DNA of 64,000 nt from Octopus vulgaris (taxonomy: Eukaryota): the NCBI GenBank assembly GCA_951406725.2, contig OX597820.1:118792001-118856000 (forward strand), read 5' to 3'. The translations under genes and the position numbers were made by a program. The notes beneath the pieces were generated by a model. It was not told where the DNA came from. It was given only the letters and a program-made list of their open reading frames with translations, and ran no database searches. Shown here one piece after another: positions 56,605 to 64,000 of this stretch. Numbering within the stretch: position 1 is the stretch's first letter; every line of letters begins with the position of its first letter.

Positions 56605-57654
56605 ATATACATACACAAACACAAACACATACACACGCGCGCGCACAAACATATATACATGCGTGTATATATATATATATATACGTAATACACACACATA
56701 TATATGTGTGTGTATATGCATATATATGTATGTATATCTATAAACACATACATGTCTATATGTGTGTCTGTATACATGCATACGTATACTATATCTAAAT
56801 GCATATATATATAGACATACATTTATATGTTTATATATATATATATGCATTTATATATGTATACAAATATATATATATATATATATATGTGTGTGTAAAT
56901 ATATTTACATGCATATATACATATATATACTTACATATAGTATATGTTTATGTGTGTATGTATATACATATATATATATACGAACATATATCTGTATCAA
57001 CATATGTGTGTGTGTGTGTTTACTCACGCACACACACGCACGCGCGCACACATGTCTATGTACGCACAAAAAGATAAGGTTTATTAAAAATTATGGCAAT
57101 TTTCAATTATGACAGTTTAGATTTGTTAAAAAGCGACATTTATGTCTTCGTGTCAAATTAATGAAATAAAGAAATTAAAGAGAGAGAGAGAGAAAGACAG
57201 AAAGAAAGGAAAGAAGAAAAAAAAACGAAAGAAGAATGGAAGGTAGGAATGAAGGAAGAAAGGAAGGCAAGAAAGAAGAAGCAAAAGAATGGTGAACGAA
57301 GGCGGTCGAAATTATTTTAAATTGAATGGAATTGTGAAGTGAAAAGTTAGTTCTTCAAGACAAATCGTCATTAGCGGAATGATTTCTATTCATAGGAAAT
57401 AAATAACATTAGCAGAGTGTGACACTTTCAACTAGAATCCACTGTTTGTTTCTAAATAATTACTTGATTTATAGTTCGAGATGTTTCTTGTTTATTCTCT
57501 TCTCCTCTGTCTCATTGTTATTCATCTTTATTTTAGCCACCAGCCTTTATTAGCTATTAAAGAGCAATTAATCAGTTTTTGTTTTCTGTTTACGGCTGGC
57601 ATATTATTGGACATAAGACATCATAATCACTTATAGAGATGAAGCTCTGCTATA

Positions 57655-57701
<47 letters not shown>

Positions 57702-57724
57702 GTATATATATACATATATATGTG

Positions 57725-57781
<57 letters not shown>

Positions 57782-57903
57782 GTATGTATTGTACGCATGT
57801 ATGTAAGTATACACCTGTGTATCTGTGCACACATATACAAATACACAGAGTCACATACTCACATACGTACATATACACTAATATGTGTATGTATGTATAA
57901 TAC

Positions 57904-57984
<81 letters not shown>

Positions 57985-57990
57985 ATGAAT
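56605..57990. repeat. TA/CA microsatellite clusters
   Basis: Degenerate dinucleotide runs at 56605-57065 and 57650-57990, with a GA-rich stretch at 57170-57300. Confidence 0.8.
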
Positions 57991-58410
57991 GTGTATGCAC
58001 GTGTGTGTTTGTATAGTAGGTATGCATCTGTGTAGAGAAAGGCAGAGATAAAAAAAAAGAGAGAGTGAGATAGATCGATAGGTAATAGAGGAAGAGAGGG
58101 ACGAAAATATATGGAAAGAGGGAGTGAGAGGTGAGAAAGACGTAGAGCGAGACAGAGAAAGAATGATGAAAAGGAAGGAGAGAAAATATGCTGTGAATTA
58201 GCTAAGAAATTCAGTTTTGAGCTGGCTTATGGCTGAATGTCTAATACCAATGTTGTCTTTTATTTTTCATTCTGAGAAAAGCGAGAAGAAATTAAATGAA
58301 GAATAGTAAATATCATTTAAAAAATTGGTGAAAAGTTATTGTTTACACAATTATATCGAAATTTAAAAAGTACAGACTTTACCATTTCTTGGAAATATTT
58401 CATAGAATCA

Positions 58411-59120
58411 TCATCATCATTGTCCGACCGTGGTCGAGACGATGGATTTACCATGCTACGCCAGACTTCACGGTCCATCATGGCATTACGGAGGTCCTGT
58501 TGCTGGATGCCTGTATCCCTGGTGATTACATCAGGATAGGACAGTGTGCGCCCTCTGGTATTGCGAGTAGATGGCTTCCAGAGGAGAAGAGTAGAAATTA
58601 CCTCTTTTTCAGCACTACAACAATGTCCAGCAAACTGGACTCTCCTACCTTTCACAAGAGATGACACAGGTGGTAGTTCCCCATATATTTGCATTTTGGT
58701 TGGATGGCGCTTCCACGAGAGATTTTGAGCTCTCATAAGGAGGCGAGTGTAGGTTCCATCCAACCGCCTGTCAAGCTTCTTTGATAACGTCCAGGTTTCT
58801 GAGCCATATAGTAGAATTGGTTCGACTGTAGCTTTGAAGATTTCAAGTTTGAAGTCTCTACTTAGATTTGATGACCAGATCTTATGCATGTCATTACAGG
58901 CTGACCAGGCCATACCCTTTCTAGTTAGAAAGTCTTTTCCAGATGATGATATGTATGACCCAAGATATTTGTAATCAGAAACCATATTTAAGGGTGCATT
59001 GTTGAGAGTATGGATGATGCAATCACTGTTGGACAGGCACTTGTTTATGTATTCAGTCTTGGCCTCATTGAGGTAAAGACCTACACAATTTGAGGCTTGT
59101 TCAAGAGATTGTAAAAGAGA
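58411..59120 (-). mobile_element. 5'-truncated RTE-type LINE with a 12-bp TSD
   Basis: Open frame SLLQSLEQASNCVGLYLNEAKTEY..DYKYLGS..PILLYGSETW..RRVQFAGHC..DREVWR; (GAT)n tail; TTCATAGAATCA at 58399-58410 and 59121-59132. Confidence 0.93.
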
Positions 59121-59198
59121 TTCATAGAATCACTTGCACAGAAGATAATAATAAGTTGCAAACCGTTAAACATAGTTGCCATTATTCTATTTGGACCA

Positions 59199-59772
59199 CA
59201 GAATGGTTAGCACGCCGGGCGAAATGCTTCGCGGTATTTCGTCTGCGTTACGTTGTGAGTTCAAATTCCGCCGAGGTCGACTTTGCCTTTCATCCTTTCG
59301 GGGTCGATAAATTAAGTACCAGTTACGCACTGGGGTCGATGTAATCGACTTAATACCTATGCCTGTCCTTGTTTGTCCCCTCTGTGTTTAGCCCCTTGTG
59401 GGTAATAAAGAAATAGAAATAGGTATTTCGTCTGCCGTTACGTTCTGAGTTTAAATTCCGCCGGGGTCGACTTTGCCTTTCATTCTTTCGGGGTCGATAA
59501 ATTAAGTTACAGTTACGTACTGGTATCGATGTAATCGACTTAATCCCTTTGTCTGTCCTTGTTTGTCCACTCTATGTTTAGCCCCTTGTGGGTAGTAAAG
59601 AAATAAGTATTTCGTCTGCCGTTACGTTCTGAGTTTAAATTCCGCCGGGGTTGACTTTGCCTTTCATCCTTTCGGCGTCGAATAGATAATTACCAGTTGC
59701 GCACTCGGGTCGACGAAATCGACTAGCCCCCACCACCAAATTTGAGGCCTTGTGCCTATAGTAGAAAGGATT
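59199..59772 (+). mobile_element. SINE family B head-to-tail trimer
   Basis: Units at 59199-59414, 59422-59605 and 59607-59772; units 2 and 3 start at GTATTTCGTCTGCC; the third ends with a different tail (GGCCTTGTGCCTATAGTAGAAAGGATT). Confidence 0.93.
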
Positions 59773-59836
59773 CTTTTATTGGCTCCAATAACGCAAGATC
59801 TCGTTCACACACACGTACTCATGCAAGTACACTATA

Positions 59837-59886
<50 letters not shown>

Positions 59887-59895
59887 ACCTGCATG

Positions 59896-60378
59896 AGTAA
59901 ATCTTGTATTGCTGATCATGAATGGAAAAATAGAGAGTACCTCCCCCTGTGGGATGAAGTTAAAATAATAGACAGAGAACACCACTGGAAAATACGAAAA
60001 CTAAAAGAAGCAGCACATATGCTAGGACAAAACAACTTCCTAAGCAGACCGAGTGCAGATATGACCAGCATATGGAAACCGGTATTAAGGAAGGATTGGA
60101 AAATATTAGATTTATAAGCCCTAAAATTCACTCCATAATTGCCTACGGGCATATGGCGTAATGGTTAAGAGCGCAGGCTACTAATTCCAAGCTTCCGAGT
60201 TCGATTCCAAGCAATGGCCTGAATAATAATAACAATAACAAGAAGAATAACACCTTAGAAATGAGAACCCAGTTTGAAATTTCCCCAAGACACCAGAAAA
60301 AGTCTGGTAGGTATATCAGCCGAAAAGTTGTGCTAACAACAAACAAGATGACAAATATCCGTTAAATGTAAATAATGT
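59896..60378 (+). mobile_element. 5'-truncated Penelope-like element (same family as 37831-38497)
   Basis: KSCIADHEWK..LWDEVKIIDREHHWKIRKLKEAAHMLG..WKPVL; tRNA-like segment at 60147-60220; degenerate hammerhead at 60289-60334; ends AAATGTAAATAATGT. Confidence 0.88.
60147..60220 (+). promoter_or_regulatory. tRNA-like Pol III promoter (A and B boxes) inside the PLE terminal region
   Basis: A box TGGCGTAATGG, B box GAGTTCGATTCC, loop CTACTAA; truncated homolog at 38301-38340. Confidence 0.6.
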
Positions 60379-61168
60379 TCTTTTTTATACCTTTTTTATT
60401 TTTTAGTAAAATATTATAACTTTTTGTGCCAAAACCTGGCAATAAGATATTCCGATATGAAACATTTAATAATATCGAAGCAGTAACTTTCATAAATCAG
60501 GGTATAATTTTTGAAGATTCTTTCTGAACCCAGTCAACGACGGGTATTTCTGCTAGTGTAATATACATAGCCACATATTCATAAATACATATATAACCCG
60601 CATATGTATGTATGTATGGACAGATGGATGGATGGATGGATGGGCAGCTAGATGGAGATGTGTATGTGTGATGGATCTTTTGAGATTTATTTAAGTTCTT
60701 AAGAGAGTACAAGCCGGTCGCTAACAAAGCGATAAGAATTTAAATTAAGACAGTTTGAGGTGTTTGTGAATATGTGGTTGAGTTGGGGTGTTGGTTGAAT
60801 GGTCGACACACTCCGCCAAGTGTGTGCACGTAAAGAATTTCAGATGGTGAAACTTTGGAATGTCTTACCATTCTTCACTGTGCCACAAATAGATAAGAAT
60901 TGGAGAATCCACGTCAGTTTCTTTCGCTCTTTCTTCGAAAACTTAGTATTTATAGGATTTTTTGTAAATTTGTGTTGACATAGTCTAATGAACCTACGAT
61001 AGGTGCAAATGAGAATTTGTAGTCAGATTACAAGAGCTTTATGTATGTAAGTATGTATGTATGTATGTATGTATGTATGTATGTATGTATGTATGTATGT
61101 ATGTATATATGTATGTATATATGTATGTATGTACGTATGTATTATCAATGTATTTGCATGTATGTATA

Positions 61169-61527
61169 TCATTATTCAGTTTATTTTAAGAGAAAATACC
61201 TAGATCGAAGGATCATTCATTGGAATTTCAACAACAGGGTATGTATGTATGTATGTATTCTCATGCATATAGTTGCATATCTAGACATGCTCATATATAT
61301 TCGAATGGTAAACTTTTGGAAAGTTTTACAGATTTTTACAGTTCCAGTGATGGATTGGCCTTGTAGTCTTCGAATTAGCGTTCTCTTTTCTGGGTTTGAG
61401 GAGCCAAATTTCTCAAGATTGTTATTTAGGCAGTGTGTTACATATCCCAGGGCCCCACAAATTACACTTAGAAACCTGAACTTGTAATCTGGATAGAGTA
61501 ACTGCAGATCTCTCAATAGTTCAGCAA
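61169..61527 (-). mobile_element. 3' end of an RLE-type LINE embedded in (TATG)n
   Basis: AELLRDLQLLYPDYKFRFLSVICGALGYVTHCL..SITGTVKICKTFQKF; flanked by TATG repeats. Confidence 0.82.
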
Positions 61528-61956
61528 TGTATGTATGCATGCAAGTATGTGTGCATGTATATATGTATGCAAGTATATGCACGCAAGCATGTGCGCATGT
61601 ATATATGTATGCATATATCAATGTATGTATATATGTATGTATGGATATTTGAGCTCTCCGACTTAAATGGTATGTTGTTACTCAAGTATGGTGTAATGGG
61701 AGAAGAATAAAGGTATTATAGTTTTTAGTAAAGTAGGCATTTATATTATAAACTTCGTATTGAGTTCTTTGTTTTTGATCATTACAAATAACCTGTGTGC
61801 ATATATGTGTAAGGTAGCGAGCATGGATTCGTGCGCGAGCGCGAAATAATTGAATTTACATAATATCAAAATTACAATCATGCTTCCATCTCCAGGCTGG
61901 GCAAGAAACGTAACTCTATATAACAATTTGCAAAGATATGAGAACGCTTGTGAGTT

Positions 61957-61959
<3 letters not shown>

Positions 61960-61998
<39 letters not shown>

Positions 61999-62066
61999 CA
62001 TTTATACACACACACACACACACACACACATGTATATGTTCTTCTCCTCTCTTTTTCTCTCTCTCA

Positions 62067-62116
<50 letters not shown>

Positions 62117-62130
62117 TTCTCTCTCTTTTT

Positions 62131-62210
<80 letters not shown>
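61960..62210. repeat. (TA)n-(CA)n-(TC)n microsatellites
   Basis: Directly visible. Confidence 0.95.
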
Positions 62211-62212
<2 letters not shown>

Positions 62213-62591
62213 GACATCTATATATACTTGTGGGTGGTTGTGCTTGCGTAAACAGCTAAAAGACTCGAGAAAGAAACTCACCTGTAATCAATTCCGGTGT
62301 CAATTGTGATAACATCTCAAAATGACATCGTTAATACTAATCAGTTTTGCATATTCTGACATTCCCGAATAATGAAGAAATATCCGCGTATTTTGTCAGA
62401 TCTGTCAGTTGTCATTCAGTTTGCTATATTTCTTATTTGGCAAATAAACACGTACACACATGCACACTGGCACATACACACACACACACGCACGACACAC
62501 CCACCCACAATAACAAACACACACACACACACACTCACGCGTAAACACGTGTATATATGTATATATACATATATACATATATGTATATATA

Positions 62592-62646
<55 letters not shown>

Positions 62647-63339
62647 CATTACTTCCTTACCTGCATAATACATGCATACATACACACACACAATATCTGT
62701 ATCCATCAGTATATCTATCTATTTATCTATTTATCTATTTATTTATTTATTTATTTATTTATCTATGTACATACATGCATATATATATATATACATATAT
62801 AAAATGTAGTATCGAAGTAGAAAAAAATGGTGAAAATTGTTTACAGGTATCGAGCACTGTATCCCCTAAAATACTTCTATCTGTGATAACCATTAACACA
62901 AGTTATTTGACAGACTTGCCCGAAACTCCCCTCTGGACAACAAATGTTTTGGGAAGGAAATACAATACGCTATTGACATCCATGACACAATACAGATCTA
63001 ATTTTGGTTCTCACAAGAACGCTTTGCTACAATAATTCTATGATTATCCAAGTTTGTTTAGTTTTTATATAGTTGTAGGTTGGACAATCCATACTTAAAC
63101 ATTTTAACTGAAAGTATGCATTTAATGGCCACCACATGCTATTTCTGTTTGACAAAAAAGCTAAGTATATGACATGAGTAATAATGCATTTTCTTGGTGC
63201 ATATCATTTAGCTGGCAATAACATGTTGACGGTTGGCCGGATGGATCCTTACAACTTTCAGAATGAGAGGACAGGAGATTATGATGATCCCCTGGAGGAC
63301 ATATGTTCTTAGTTGCCCTAACTACTGCTTCCAACCATA

Positions 63340-63760
63340 GTCACTACAATGTGTCAGAAATGGCAGAACACGAAGCTATCTACACTGAGCTACACAAAGA
63401 AGATCGTTTCAATGCGACATGTTGGCTACAGGGAAAGGCTGAAAGAATTTGAGGCTGTGTTCCCTAAAACGAAGGCGGAAAGATGTCCAGTGGTACACAG
63501 CTGGAAAATCCTAGAAAGACTTGTACCAAAATATGGCATTCAAATTTACACAAACAGCAGAACGGTGCTGTCGCTGAAAAGTGCCAAAACACTCAACATT
63601 ATCTCGGGAGCAGCTTGAGATTCGCAAACTACTTGCATTTTCCCTCCCAAACTAATCCAACACATTGCAGCAAAATAGACCATGAACACCACCACATCAT
63701 ACTCACCACCGTCACGTTCTGATCTACCTTACTCCACTCACCCAAACAACTGTTTACACG
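63340..63760 (+). mobile_element. CR1-group LINE C-terminal fragment
   Basis: YTKKIVSMRHVGYRERLKE..ER..WKILERLVPKYGI resembles the CR1/L2 ORF2 C-terminus. Confidence 0.7.
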
Positions 63761-63807
63761 AAAATAAAATGTTTTCCACTCGACGTAAAAATAATAGATG
63801 GAAATAA

Positions 63808-63960
63808 AGGCGCAGACGTGGTTTTGTGGTTAGAAGATTGTTTCTCAACCCCACGGTTCTGCGTTCAGTCCCACTGCATAGCACCTTGCATAGCCTCGTG
63901 TTGACCAAAGCCTTGTGAGCAAATTTATTAGAAGGAAACTGAAAGAATCCCTTCATGTAT
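63808..63960 (+). mobile_element. Diverged SINE family A, 5' half
   Basis: AGGCGCAGACGTGGTTTTGTGG..GTTCAGTCCCACTGC..GACCAAAGCCTTGTGAG..GGAAACTGAAAGAA. Confidence 0.8.
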
Positions 63961-64000
63961 ATAATACATACATACATACATATATATACATATATATATA

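Overview
AT-rich, microsatellite-saturated animal genomic DNA, intronic or intergenic, with no recognisable host protein-coding exon. The SINE repertoire and repeat landscape look like an octopus (coleoid cephalopod) genome; this is an inference from recalled repeat families, not a database search. The window is a mosaic of: four tRNA-derived SINE families (about 20 copies); a near-full-length but frameshifted DD34D mariner (41636-42862) plus a deleted mariner; MITEs (Merlin-like, pogo/Tigger-like, hAT-like, fold-back); two non-autonomous Helitrons; LINE fragments (R4/Dong-type restriction-like-endonuclease elements, CR1, and a young RTE with a target-site duplication); Penelope-like element (PLE) GIY-YIG fragments; and very long simple repeats, including 1.44 kb of (TAA)n. 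The most notable signals are: (i) several distinct minimal hammerhead-ribozyme-like motifs in PLE-type terminal repeats, one lying downstream of a tRNA-like Pol III promoter and one with an apparent compensatory A3-U8 core; (ii) a 61-bp exact inverted copy of nearby unique DNA captured between PLE inverted ends; (iii) a SINE body repeated head-to-tail with a fixed junction; (iv) LINEs that appear to target specific microsatellites; and (v) a bipartite 17-bp minisatellite. Almost all ORFs in the supplied track are microsatellite artefacts.
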